Shown here: piece after piece, positions 46,701-55,260 of the stretch
Layout: each line of letters opens with the position of its first letter
Position numbering within the stretch: position 1 is the stretch's first letter
IMG/VR virus record: IMGVR_UViG_3300025191_000002
Coordinates: 1 to 55,260 of that record
Source of the DNA: a virus
Lineage: Duplodnaviria > Caudoviricetes
DNA: 55,260 nucleotides
Reading direction: 5' to 3' (one strand)
Program-made: the position numbers and the translations under genes
The notes under the pieces: model-generated
What the model was told of the DNA's origin: nothing
The model's database searches: none
What the model saw: only the letters and a program-made list of their open reading frames with translations

Positions 46701-47762
46701 GTCGCCACTTAACGCGGTTCCATTTTCCTCTATCATTACCTGTATGGTTTCTGCTGCAGCGGCTATGGCTTCATTTGCTTCTGTCTTTGTTAAAAACTCG
46801 GCTTCTATGCGAGCATTAACATTACCAAGCTTAGATTCAAACTCGTACAGCTTAACCGCATTCGCCTCCCAATTTAGATCGCCAACAAGCGCGCTTTCAA
46901 TTAACTGTCTAGCTAATGAGTCCGTATCAAAGTCTAGTGCCTCTACTCTGTCTATCGCATCCTCAGCATCTTGCTTTGCCTGCTCCGTAATAGTATCTAG
47001 GCTTTCTATGCGCTCTTGTATGCTGGGAATATCAATTAAATGCTGGTCAACATCGGCGCGTAACTCGTCTATATCTAAATCAAAGTTATCTATTTCGACT
47101 TTTAATGCTGGTATTTCATTTAAAGCAACATCTTCAATTAAGTATTCCAGCCCCGGTATTTTATCGACTGCCGTTGATAGAAAATCACTCAAATGCGATT
47201 TTTCTATAAGCCCGCCAATTTCATCGAGTATAAGTTCAGCTGACTTTTGCGTTTTTGCAAAAACACCGGCTGCGCCCTGCGTTGGCCCTTTTACATCGGC
47301 TATATTTACAAAGCGAACCCAATAGTAATATTCAGCTCCCATATTTACAGTATCGCTAAATACGTCCGCAACTTCTGTCGCTATTAGCGTGGCACTGTTA
47401 AATGAGTCTGTTTCGCTGCGCCATATTTCAGCGTAAGCATGGCCTCTATAGGTGGGGTGATCCCAGCTAACGGCTATAAATGTAAAGCCACCTGTGGCCG
47501 ATAGGTTGACAGGCGCGTGCGGTCTTTCCACGCCACCTGTTGTAATTGGAAGTCCACCATCATTGGTGCCGCCACTCGCATTATTAATAAGTGCCTGACG
47601 CTTCATATCATCAAGATCAACAAGGTCGCTCATTAATAAAGCTCTGTTATTACCTCGCTGGCCTGTTAGCAGCTCTATATTTTCAGTAATAGCGCTACTA
47701 GTGGGATCTTGCCGGCCTTTTCTTACTATGCCAGGGAACGTGCCTTTTTTTAATTTTGCCAT
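43734..47762 (-). CDS. Tail fibre / host-specificity protein with internal repeats
   Basis: FN3-like W..P...H.YAEIWR...YYYWVRFVN; repeated IEDPxGxSxG units; DUF1983-like FAV.DGK..I..A.I; 20-aa GKP repeats. Confidence 0.75.
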   Translation of the reverse strand: MAKLKKGTFPGIVRKGRQDPTSSAITENIELLTGQRGNNRALLMSDLVDLDDMKRQALINNASGGTNDGGLPITTGGVERPHAPVNLSATGGFTFIAVSWDHPTYRGHAYAEIWRSETDSFNSATLIATEVADVFSDTVNMGAEYYYWVRFVNIADVKGPTQGAAGVFAKTQKSAELILDEIGGLIEKSHLSDFLSTAVDKIPGLEYLIEDVALNEIPALKVEIDNFDLDIDELRADVDQHLIDIPSIQERIESLDTITEQAKQDAEDAIDRVEALDFDTDSLARQLIESALVGDLNWEANAVKLYEFESKLGNVNARIEAEFLTKTEANEAIAAAAETIQVMIEENGTALSGDIANTYYTKATTDEAIAAATQTLRSLIENPEGDSVGATLFNDYYTSTATDNAIAAYGLQLKSEIEDPDGESLGSLIKQDYSTTVETNSAISQATTQLKSTIDEEVSATLTQDYYTKTETNEAITSSAQLLKAEIEDPMGNSIGATLFHEYSTKVSVEEAVSRAIFQLSSEVELANEPLAQAVIENALANDQQADQQRIVTANILRTQEATTSQTEALAQSITVIETNFLESESKLTQLSAAFSDATNSTASDILQLNTKVDENKAFLEVNYLTKVDTESAISQATNAMQSAIEGATSDIYENFLTSIETEQAISQATTILKSEIEDPQGNSLGATLFNEYETKADAEQSSASTNQQLRAEYETSAIAAIENALANDLEQERRTIAEADIIQRQNVFANEQSAFAESLTVLNAAMGENRATLYELQSTFASSTEATAEIIEKLDSDIDNVSADLLNNYLTSAKVGEAIASADTALRATIEDPEGSSIGADLQLNYYTKSDTNSAISSATNALRSLIEDPEGDSIGALIVNNYTTKTEADQAIATASETLLSEVNGVRSSLQIVSETVATNQGEYSALWGVKSTVNGLTTSLGLVNDGVEPIFAVKGAKFAVITDQDPTNLTPIFAVSDGKTVINTAIIDEAFIKSLVTDDLLANRLLVSSRLTTPSINYNPSNGARSGNFSIDPNGNMLAKSATLQSVTIKDNNGNVVMSSTGAIPSSKVTGLGNLASKDSLAYNEISGRPNLGAFAFLSELGYNDLSGKPAFRDLAFKNSVDYSEVTGKPALGSLAYLNSLAYDSITGKPSLGPFAGLSKILSSNVTTYIANGAIGSAQIDQAYINQLFGQNASFYGTVYAQNLDGDVIDLTTKNIGRITNSGSGEVEVVRFSVSSQPFQRKIMIDGIRVSSNPSSNSNASSTTLKLYMSGYSSARDSVTEQTNLDTGDRISAILLATIPANSSRTVYVRISKGGPGEEVGTLPQRIVARVFKDGSTIS

Positions 47763-49372
47763 TAAGCCGCAACCTCTCTCATGGTTGTTGCAATAGAAAC
47801 GCTGTGTATTGTGCCTTTGCCATAAACCTCAAATGACCACTTATCACCGCGATTAGGTGGCAATCTAAATGCCATGCTGGGTATTTGCCCTGGCGCTAGA
47901 TGCAATATCTCTACTTCATCGGCGTAAATGCGAACCCCTGAAAGCTCTGTATCGACTCCTTTCACCATTGCACATGCAAAGCTTAGGTCGCTCGCTGAAA
48001 AGTCCTTAGATTTCCATTCATAGCTTGTAAGCTCGTTAGACTCACCCCATTTGCTCAAGTCCGCGCCTTGGCAAATATACAGAGTGTCATCAACAAGGCT
48101 GTTAAATCCGCAATCAGCTTTGGCCGTAAAGTGTCTAAAATCACCGGTGTTCGGATCAAAAATAAACGCCTTGTCTAAGTTGGCTCCATAAAAAGCTAAA
48201 TAACGCCCCTCTTGGTGGTACGCCTCTATTGTTTCTGGCTCGTACTCTTGCCACTGCTCACGCGTTATTACCTGGTTAGTTAGCATGGTTAACCCGCCAC
48301 TGGTTAAACCTATCAAGCCGTCAGGGCTTGCATATATGAGCGTGCCGTTTACGATTACCGCTGAGCGTGCGCTTGTGCATGATTGATTAGACTCTAGCTT
48401 TTGGCCGGCCATTGCGTCAGGACTAATGCCGCTGAATAAGTAAGGGTAGCCCTTTGTTAAAACTGCAAGCGTATTACCAAGCGCAGCAACGGTTACAATT
48501 TCATGCTCGGTTGTTAGCTGGTAACCGCTCGGCCAAGCATACGGCAAGTACGCCTCGCTAAAGCAAACCGTACTATCAAAAAAGCCGGCCAATATACCGT
48601 TAGCCATAGACGTTAAGCCAATCATGTTCTCGTTTGGCATTTCGTAGTCGTAAGTATCAAGCGATGATCCTAGCTCGTCTGTTGGAATATCATCAACAAA
48701 TTGGTTTTGTGATATTGGTATCTCTGCCACAAATAAATAATCTGCTATGCCTCCGCCGGTTGCCGTTCTGTATATTCTGCGATGCGTAATGTTTGACGCA
48801 TTTACATTTGGCGGCGATAAAGCAAGCGTTACGTATGTACCTTCTTCGTCTGGGTATCTAATATCAAGACGTTGTGACGCTTCGCCCGGCGGTCCTTCTT
48901 CACCCTGCTCAGTGACAAACGTGTGCGTGTAGTAGCGCGTTTCGTCATCATTAGGATCTATTTCATCGGTGGCCGCATCTGTCACCACTGCAATTATTGG
49001 CACTTCGGGCGATTGAACGCCAAGGCGATAAGCACTAGCCGGCATATTATAACCGCTAAAAATAGCGTTGTTAGTTACTTTTGGGTAGCCATCACCCGTA
49101 AAGTAAACGCGTTGCCAAGGGTCGTTTGCAATTGGGCTCGCTACGGCATTAACTGCTTTATTCCATGAAAACCAATACTGGTCTAAGTAATGGTAAATTG
49201 TTTTTGCGTTCGAGATCACCGATACGTCTGTCAACTCAGGAAGTCTTAAAGGCGATAGGTTGCCATTATCAAAATGACAACCATAAGCTTTAGATGCTGA
49301 TTCATTGGGAAGTAATCGCGGATCGATTTTAGGCCGTTCACCGGCAAAAGTTTTAACGGATATTGCAGGCAT
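47762..49372 (-). CDS. Tail tubular/nozzle (stabilisation) protein
   Basis: F.GE.P..DPRLLP; R.Y..TFV...GEEGPP; FSEAYLPYAWP; beta-rich. Confidence 0.7.
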   Translation of the reverse strand: MPAISVKTFAGERPKIDPRLLPNESASKAYGCHFDNGNLSPLRLPELTDVSVISNAKTIYHYLDQYWFSWNKAVNAVASPIANDPWQRVYFTGDGYPKVTNNAIFSGYNMPASAYRLGVQSPEVPIIAVVTDAATDEIDPNDDETRYYTHTFVTEQGEEGPPGEASQRLDIRYPDEEGTYVTLALSPPNVNASNITHRRIYRTATGGGIADYLFVAEIPISQNQFVDDIPTDELGSSLDTYDYEMPNENMIGLTSMANGILAGFFDSTVCFSEAYLPYAWPSGYQLTTEHEIVTVAALGNTLAVLTKGYPYLFSGISPDAMAGQKLESNQSCTSARSAVIVNGTLIYASPDGLIGLTSGGLTMLTNQVITREQWQEYEPETIEAYHQEGRYLAFYGANLDKAFIFDPNTGDFRHFTAKADCGFNSLVDDTLYICQGADLSKWGESNELTSYEWKSKDFSASDLSFACAMVKGVDTELSGVRIYADEVEILHLAPGQIPSMAFRLPPNRGDKWSFEVYGKGTIHSVSIATTMREVAA

Positions 49373-49422
49373 AGGAATCGCTTATTTGAAATTACGGTTA
49401 ATTTTAAGTGGCTTTGTTTTTA

Positions 49423-49833
49423 TTACTCAATAGGAAGGCTAAGTGAGTAGCATCTTTGCGGGGTGAATCGACCTACAAAGTCTAGGTTTACATAATCAAG
49501 ACAGTAAGCGACAAGCTCAGAGCAAAACCACTTTTCAGGATCATTCCATGCGCTAAAGTAATGGCCAATAGCGCCGCCAAAATCATATTTGTGACCCAAT
49601 AGCTCATTGGCATCTGTAGACTCGCCATTCATAATGCGGATCTCATGGTTTGGGTAATCGAGCTTAAAGGTATCTAATGTCTGTTTGATTACGCCCTTGC
49701 TCGCTTTTGCATGAATAACGTAATCAATGCCCTGCTCTTTTACAATCACGCCGCAATGGTGCCACTGTGACCAAGTGACTAATTTTATCAATAAACTAAA
49801 CGGCATGTTGTTTGTGCAAAATATCACGCGCAT
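49423..49833 (-). CDS. Permuted papain-like NlpC/P60 (YiiX/C92) enzyme
   Basis: WSQWHHCGV, LG.KYDF and WFCSELVA: His before Cys. Confidence 0.8.
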   Translation of the reverse strand: MRVIFCTNNMPFSLLIKLVTWSQWHHCGVIVKEQGIDYVIHAKASKGVIKQTLDTFKLDYPNHEIRIMNGESTDANELLGHKYDFGGAIGHYFSAWNDPEKWFCSELVAYCLDYVNLDFVGRFTPQRCYSLSLPIE

Positions 49834-49834
49834 A

Positions 49835-50605
49835 TTAAGCACTCCAATCTAAGTTGTTGATAAAGTCTTTTATGCTAGCTTCATCGCTTAGTGCGTCCAG
49901 CGCATCTTTAAAGTGGCGAGCTTTATACACTAAAAACTTTTTGCGGTTAGCAACAGCAATGCCTAAGCCTTTCATGTCCTCAGCCGACATTTCAACTTCT
50001 TCATTTTCACGCGTTAGCCAAAGAGTGTCCGTTTCAGTTACTACGGCACCCATAATATCACCCTTTGACTGAGCATCGGCTTGGAATGTATGCCCGTTGT
50101 ACTCAATGTCTGAGTCATTCAACGCATCGCGAGTGGCGTTTATGCTGTCGTTAGCGCCCTGCTTTTGCTCTAAAAGCAAATGCTCCGCGTCTATTGTTAT
50201 AGCGCCTTGTTCTATCTGCTCTTTGAGCTTGGCCCATATATCAATTGTTTCATCTTTGTATTTTTGCTGTTCTTCAAAAACGTCTTGTTCTTCAAAAACA
50301 GGGAGGTCCTCAATAGCATCTTCAAATAGAGGCTCGCCATCTTCACCTAGCACCTGATTTCCTTCTTCATCAAGTGCAGGAGCTTCGCCAACCTTTACGC
50401 TTTCAGTGCCAACCTGAACTTGTTTGGTATCCACCTTTACTTGCTCTGTGCCATCGGGAACTTGGATTGTTCGAGCCATTCCTTCGCGTAAAAAGCCACT
50501 ATGCACAGCGTTGCCATCGTTATAAGTCCAGCTTACAGTCCCATCATCGTTTTGCTTATATTTATCGACTAGCAAAAAGTCGTTTTCATCTATAAATTTT
50601 AACAT
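49835..50605 (-). CDS. DUF4376-like tail fibre-associated protein
   Basis: C-terminal IN..RD......YNGH.FQAD..S...I...W.T..N..V.M motif. Confidence 0.65.
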   Translation of the reverse strand: MLKFIDENDFLLVDKYKQNDDGTVSWTYNDGNAVHSGFLREGMARTIQVPDGTEQVKVDTKQVQVGTESVKVGEAPALDEEGNQVLGEDGEPLFEDAIEDLPVFEEQDVFEEQQKYKDETIDIWAKLKEQIEQGAITIDAEHLLLEQKQGANDSINATRDALNDSDIEYNGHTFQADAQSKGDIMGAVVTETDTLWLTRENEEVEMSAEDMKGLGIAVANRKKFLVYKARHFKDALDALSDEASIKDFINNLDWSA

Positions 50606-51684
50606 TAGAAATTAGCCTTTATTGTTGCGCCACCGGCATTAGCGTAAGCCAAATAGTTAGCCCCAGGTGTGAAGCTACCCGTAAATCTCATCACTAATAT
50701 ACGACTAGAAGAAGCTCCTAAGAACTCAGGCACAGCATCAGAAATTATAGTGCTACCTGTGGCTAAGTCTATAATATTAAAAGCCCCTGTAACGGTTGCG
50801 CTTGTTGGTGATGAAAACCCATTCACAGCAAGCTCGAAGAATAATTGACCCGCCACCCTCGCGTAACACAGCTTTACATCGTTGGCGTTAAATATGAACT
50901 CATTAAAATTAGTGTTTCCGCTGTCGTAAATGGCGGCCCAAGGTTGCCATGATCCACTGAAGCCGCATCTATAATACAAGCCCCGTTTATTATCATTATC
51001 GTATATTTGCGTAATTTGCGCTGATTCTCCCCCGAACCTTTTAAATACCATCAACATACCAGCTTTATCATTATTGTCGGGGAATGTGCCCGCTGAACCA
51101 GATTCAGTTCGATAAAAGCCGTTAGGCATATCAAAATCATCAAAATCTGAGTACACTGCACCATTACCGCCCAAACCGCCATACCCAACCGTCAGTACCC
51201 TTCCCGAAGTTGTATCGGTTGAGTTCGTAGTTACATCAGCCGAAGCAGCCGTACCGACTAACTCTTGGATTTTATTAACTGTCTTAACAACGTGCGCGAT
51301 TCCATGACTATCAGTAAGTGTTGCTGTTTCATCTTCTGAGGTTAGCCAGTTGCGCAACTCATCTAAAAATAATTGCTTTTGGTTAAACTGTACGGCTATT
51401 TGTCCTGCTATACGTGTAAGTATGGTTCCCGAAGTGTTTCTTAATATTGCATATTCAACATCGCTTGCTGTTGAACCTTCAAAGCCACGATCAAGTGTAA
51501 TACTTGTGTCACTATTAACGGCTATGACTTCGTACCAAGTTTTTGCGTCAATTGTGAACGCGTCACCAATAGCGATAGCAATAACATCGTTTAGCCAATT
51601 GCTACCAATACCTACAATTGCTGCGTTGTTGTTTGTTACGCTTACTGTTCCTACGCGATACCACGCGCCTGCGCTTGCTGCCAT
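50605..51684 (-). CDS. Short tail fibre/spike with pyocin-knob-like domain
   Basis: WYRVGTVSVTN..A.VG.GSNW anchor; DTTSGRVL.VG.GGLG; Q.Y......YYR....SWQPW..IYDSGN. Confidence 0.75.
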   Translation of the reverse strand: MAASAGAWYRVGTVSVTNNNAAIVGIGSNWLNDVIAIAIGDAFTIDAKTWYEVIAVNSDTSITLDRGFEGSTASDVEYAILRNTSGTILTRIAGQIAVQFNQKQLFLDELRNWLTSEDETATLTDSHGIAHVVKTVNKIQELVGTAASADVTTNSTDTTSGRVLTVGYGGLGGNGAVYSDFDDFDMPNGFYRTESGSAGTFPDNNDKAGMLMVFKRFGGESAQITQIYDNDNKRGLYYRCGFSGSWQPWAAIYDSGNTNFNEFIFNANDVKLCYARVAGQLFFELAVNGFSSPTSATVTGAFNIIDLATGSTIISDAVPEFLGASSSRILVMRFTGSFTPGANYLAYANAGGATIKANF

Positions 51685-51685
51685 G

Positions 51686-52339
51686 TTACTGCCCCTTCTC
51701 TTGCGCCATCATTGCAACGTCTGCTTGGCTTTTCTCGCCTAACTGACTTTTAAATGCGTTCATGTGCATTTGGCTCTTGTTTGGATTAGCCGCATATTCC
51801 GCGTCTTTCATGTATGAGCGGTATAAAATCCATTCAATGATTGCGTTAACGTAAATATCATCGAGCGCGATAACTTCACCCGACTCGTTATCTGTCAAGC
51901 TGATAGCTGGCGGTGCTTTTGAATAAACCAGCGTAAGCTTTACATTTTCTACAACGCCTGGGTAAACATAAAACGTTTTGGGGTTGCGCTCGTCATAGAT
52001 ATACAACTCAACTTCGCTTGCTTCTTTGCCTGCATACCATGTGTCGTAGTTGTCATCTAAAACCTGTCGATTGTATGGGCCGCGTATCGCACGCCCCGAC
52101 TCATTTCGAGTTACATCAATAAGTTTCAATGCGTCAACCGGCAAAAACTGCTTAGTACCTTCTACACACGCAAAATCATCGGTGTCTACAGTGAAAGAGT
52201 CAGGACGGCGCAATACAATTGCACGCTGCGCGTCATTTAGATAATTAAGCAATTCCTCTTTGGTCCAGCGTGTAAAGTTAGGATCGTTAAGGAGCTTATT
52301 AACGCGCATTAAAATTTCATTTGAGGAAACAATAGCCAT
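51686..52339 (-). CDS. Head-tail adaptor (DUF6682-like)
   Basis: L.D..F.RWT..ELL.YLNDAQR..V..RPD...FYVYP...YRSY.KDAE. Confidence 0.75.
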   Translation of the reverse strand: MAIVSSNEILMRVNKLLNDPNFTRWTKEELLNYLNDAQRAIVLRRPDSFTVDTDDFACVEGTKQFLPVDALKLIDVTRNESGRAIRGPYNRQVLDDNYDTWYAGKEASEVELYIYDERNPKTFYVYPGVVENVKLTLVYSKAPPAISLTDNESGEVIALDDIYVNAIIEWILYRSYMKDAEYAANPNKSQMHMNAFKSQLGEKSQADVAMMAQEKGQ

Positions 52340-52899
52340 TAGTAAAACACTCTTTGTTGTGTAGGTCTTTGCTCGTCTAGTGCCTCGATAGCAACTTGAA
52401 AAGCATCGCGGTAGCCATCGGTAAAACGGCGTTTAAAGTAATCAGACTTTGCCAGATCAGTCCATGCAGTATTAGGCATCATTAATAAATTCGCTGTGGC
52501 TCCATCGGCAATCGCATCAGCCCAGCGGTTAACAATGGTGTTATCAGCATCAAAGTCATTAGGTAGCATGAATTGCGGGGCTATATGGTAAAACACACGT
52601 ACTTTAGGTGTCGTGTTGATCACGGTTACTGTGCCGTTTGACGATACCAAGTAGTCATCTGAGCTTTTAAGCTCGCTACCATTGGCATCTAAAACAAAAT
52701 CAACACTGACAAATACGTGATCATCATCAATGTTAAGCTCCCCGCTTTGGCCTTTCTCAATTTCTTGAGTGCGAGCTAAAAAACGAGACTCATAACAAAA
52801 CTTTTGATAGGCGCGACCTAGCTGGTCTCTCGCCATCTGATCAAGAACGCCCCCGCAGCGTTCGCGAACTAACGGGATCAAGCTAGATAATTGCGCCAT
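52339..52899 (-). CDS. Head-tail adaptor-like protein
   Basis: FC..S and W.DAIADGA...L.MMP...W motifs. Confidence 0.65.
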   Translation of the reverse strand: MAQLSSLIPLVRERCGGVLDQMARDQLGRAYQKFCYESRFLARTQEIEKGQSGELNIDDDHVFVSVDFVLDANGSELKSSDDYLVSSNGTVTVINTTPKVRVFYHIAPQFMLPNDFDADNTIVNRWADAIADGATANLLMMPNTAWTDLAKSDYFKRRFTDGYRDAFQVAIEALDEQRPTQQRVFY

Positions 52900-52910
52900 G
52901 ATTATTCGCC

Positions 52911-53357
52911 CTAGTCTGTATCTTCGTCAGCAACAGAAGCGCGGAACGCATCACGTACTTTTTTGCAGTATGCTGGTACTGGCTTTTTAGCACCTTCAAT
53001 AGTTAAATCGTGCGCTTCAACGAATGTACTAAGTTGATTTGAGCTGTACTTGCCTAAGTCGATTTCTTCGCCATCAACGATGATTAACATGCTTGCATCA
53101 AGCGCTTCTTGCTTTTCAGCTTCTTCGCGTGCAATGCGTGCGGCTTCGGCTTCTTCTTCTCGTAGTTTTTGGCGCTCGATATAAGCTTTAGCATCTTTTT
53201 CAGCAACCCAAACTTCGTTAAAGTCTAAAAAACGCTGAACAAGCTCAGAAGGTACGGCCGTTGGCTCGCCTTGCTTGAAAATAGTGCGGGTATTACATAC
53301 GGTGTCTTTTTTAAAAGGCTTCTTACCGATGTAAACGATATTCGTTGTATTGCTCAT
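52911..53357 (-). CDS. Virion-module hypothetical protein
   Basis: IVYIG.KP.KKDTV start; operon position. Confidence 0.65.
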   Translation of the reverse strand: MSNTTNIVYIGKKPFKKDTVCNTRTIFKQGEPTAVPSELVQRFLDFNEVWVAEKDAKAYIERQKLREEEAEAARIAREEAEKQEALDASMLIIVDGEEIDLGKYSSNQLSTFVEAHDLTIEGAKKPVPAYCKKVRDAFRASVADEDTD

Positions 53358-53371
53358 GGATATTCCCCAAT

Positions 53372-53397
53372 AAAAAAGCCCCGCAATAGCAGGGCTT
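53372..53397 (-). terminator. Terminator after capsid genes
   Basis: Minus strand AAGCCCTGCTATTGCGGGGCTTTTTT. Confidence 0.7.
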
Positions 53398-53421
53398 GAT
53401 TTAAATGTGTATCGAAAAGGC

Positions 53422-53814
53422 TTAGTAACCTTTGTATCGGTACTCTAGTTGAAGTACAGCTTCTCCGGTTGCCGCAGAAGAACCCGTATTTTTAACAACT
53501 AAGTCGCTTGGACCTTCATCACCAATATAAACAGGCTTGATAAATTCGCCTGCATTACCAGCGCTAGCAGTATTAAAAGCGGCTAAGTCCTTTTCACCAC
53601 CTGAATGATCAGCAACCTGAACTGTTAGCTCAGTGCCAGTACCTAGCGCATCATTAATAATACGAACGGCAGTGATTTGCGTGCCAATAGGCAAACTTTC
53701 TGAGGCGATAGCTGTAGCATCAACCGCTAGGGCAGCAAGTGAAATCGTTGCTACGTGTAGCGATAGGTTACCAGCGGCACCTTTATAAAATGTTTCTTTC
53801 ATAATTTTATCCAA
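53422..53814 (-). CDS. Probable capsid decoration protein
   Basis: 130 aa, beta-rich, between major capsid gene and terminator. Confidence 0.55.
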   Translation of the reverse strand: MDKIMKETFYKGAAGNLSLHVATISLAALAVDATAIASESLPIGTQITAVRIINDALGTGTELTVQVADHSGGEKDLAAFNTASAGNAGEFIKPVYIGDEGPSDLVVKNTGSSAATGEAVLQLEYRYKGY

Positions 53815-53860
53815 TTACTAAAAATTAAAGTGAAAGCCGGATTGCTCCGGCATAAAGGGC

Positions 53861-55075
53861 TTACTGTAGAGATACAGCCGTATCAATTACCATCGTTCCG
53901 TAATCGTTTACGCGACCTGTTTTGTCAGAGAAGCGTACTTTCTTACAACCATTCATCCATACGATAGCTGTTTCGTTCGCATTGCCGTGGTCGGTTTTCT
54001 CTGTAGTCATAGAGAAGTGCGAGCCTGAATCAGACTTACCGTAAGCATTCGCAAGCGCTTGACCACCAAGAAGGATTGCACGATCGATAGTTGTACCCGC
54101 TTCAACAATTTTAGTTGTCGCCAGTTTATCGTTGTTCGATACAGTCACTTTATCACCTGCATAGAAACGTACAGGTTTCTTGTATAGACGAACAAGAATG
54201 TTGCGCCACATGATCACATCACCTTTAAATACCGGGTGATTAAAACCTTGGCCGCGTTTAATAGCGCGTGATTGTAGCTCTTGTAACTTTTTATCAGTCG
54301 CAGAAGCCCAAAGGTCACGCCATTGGCGCGGTGTTACGAATAACAAGAAGAACGGCGACTCGTTAGCCATTTGGTCAGCTTCAAAGCTAATGTGCTTCAT
54401 TGGGTTAGCTTGTTCTTCCAAGATAAGCGCTAAATCGTCCAGCTTTTCAAGCGTCATAATATCCGCAGCATCAATCGCTTCAAAGCTTGTCGCATCACCG
54501 CCAAACTGGTGACGGTCATACGTTGGAGCCGTAACGTCATTAACCATGATTTCTTTAAATTCTTCATGATCTTCAAGTGGGATAATAATATCGTCCGGTG
54601 CAAAAGAACCACGCGCACCGGCCAGGTGGTACATAGCAACTTCATCTTTCAGATCGTTGTAGTAGTTACCTAATAGTGTTTTAGCAGTGCTAAGCAGGTT
54701 ATGCTTAGTACGCTTTTGCGACATTTTACCACCGCTATCAACCATCTTACGGCCTTGGTCAATGCGCAATTCAAATACTGTTTTGCTTAAGCTCTCGCCT
54801 CGGCCTTCCAGTTTTTTATCGCCCATTGTTGGTAAGCCGCTTAGGTTGTGGAATAAATCCATTTCAACCGCATCACCGGCTTGGCTTTGCAAGTCGTTAA
54901 TCATAACCACTGGCGCGCCCTTTTCACTTTGCTTTTTGCCGTGGGCCATATCAGCTTTAGCCGATTTTGGTGCAGAGCCGGTTAGCATGTTCACGAACGT
55001 ATTTTGACGGCGTGTATGTGTAAACAGGGCAGCACCAAACGCTTTAGCCGCTTGTGCTTTTGTAATCGTGCTCAT
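53861..55075 (-). CDS. Major capsid protein (N4-gp56/DUF4043-like)
   Basis: PVV...DL...AGD.V..DL...L...PTMGD..LEGRGE.L......IDQ.R..V..GG.MSQKRT; 404 aa after scaffold. Confidence 0.88.
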   Translation of the reverse strand: MSTITKAQAAKAFGAALFTHTRRQNTFVNMLTGSAPKSAKADMAHGKKQSEKGAPVVMINDLQSQAGDAVEMDLFHNLSGLPTMGDKKLEGRGESLSKTVFELRIDQGRKMVDSGGKMSQKRTKHNLLSTAKTLLGNYYNDLKDEVAMYHLAGARGSFAPDDIIIPLEDHEEFKEIMVNDVTAPTYDRHQFGGDATSFEAIDAADIMTLEKLDDLALILEEQANPMKHISFEADQMANESPFFLLFVTPRQWRDLWASATDKKLQELQSRAIKRGQGFNHPVFKGDVIMWRNILVRLYKKPVRFYAGDKVTVSNNDKLATTKIVEAGTTIDRAILLGGQALANAYGKSDSGSHFSMTTEKTDHGNANETAIVWMNGCKKVRFSDKTGRVNDYGTMVIDTAVSLQ

Positions 55076-55084
55076 TTTAATTTC

Positions 55085-55254
55085 CTAGAGATAATCTGAC
55101 ACGCTCTCAAGCATTGCTTCTACTTGCTGCTCCGTCATACCTTCCATTTCGGCTGCGATAGTCGCTGCGTCTTTTTCAAGTAAGCCGGCACTAGCACTTA
55201 GATCATTTGCCTGTGTGCCTATGTCAGTAGGTGTATTTGGGATTGGTGCAGAGT
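55085..55254 (-). CDS. Scaffolding protein, 3' end (wraps from window start)
   Basis: ...MEGMTEQQVEAMLESVSDYL*; TAG at 55085-55087, in frame with 976..1. Confidence 0.8.
55129..55254. repeat. Terminal direct repeat, right copy
   Basis: Identical to 1-126. Confidence 0.95.
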
Positions 55255-55260
55255 TTGCGT

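Noticed and set aside
43734-51684. Diversity-generating retroelement or invertible tail-fibre cassette
   Set aside because: I saw no reverse transcriptase, serine invertase or duplicated template/variable repeat.
55129-55260. 126-bp end repeat as a biological terminal repeat
   Set aside because: It falls mid-gene, its length resembles an assembler k-mer overlap, and it ends in 6 unmatched bases. An assembly overlap is the simpler explanation.

Overview
The window looks like one complete, circularly permuted temperate phage genome. Bases 1-126 recur exactly at 55129-55254, which gives a unit length of about 55,128 bp, and the scaffold gene reads in frame across the join. Control and replication are lambdoid: cI/cro/cII, 3+3 operators, O/P with iterons, nin-type genes and Q. 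The virion module is podoviral, of the 933W/Bcep22 style: terminase, P22-like portal, N4-gp56/DUF4043-type capsid, ejection proteins, and a 3591-aa polyvalent protein with ParB-like, SF2 helicase, N6A-MTase, metallopeptidase and LPD38-like regions. The host is probably a gammaproteobacterium, possibly Alteromonadales (inference only). The most striking unannotated signal is in attP. It carries a 27-codon ORF resembling the N-terminus of HtpG (Hsp90), preceded by a sigma32-like promoter. This suggests integration into the 5' end of htpG with a replacement promoter and N-terminus, which would also place the host heat-shock promoter upstream of the integrase. Other notable signals are an octamer-repeat/IHF array near 11.0-11.2 kb (candidate pac site) beside a four-gene operon, two promoters sharing an AAACCCCCCA spacer element, an oop-like antisense RNA, an RdgC-FtsK-gamma fusion, and an SGNH/RyR/crAss001_48-like cassette inside the head genes. 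All family calls come from recognising motifs by eye; no database search was run.
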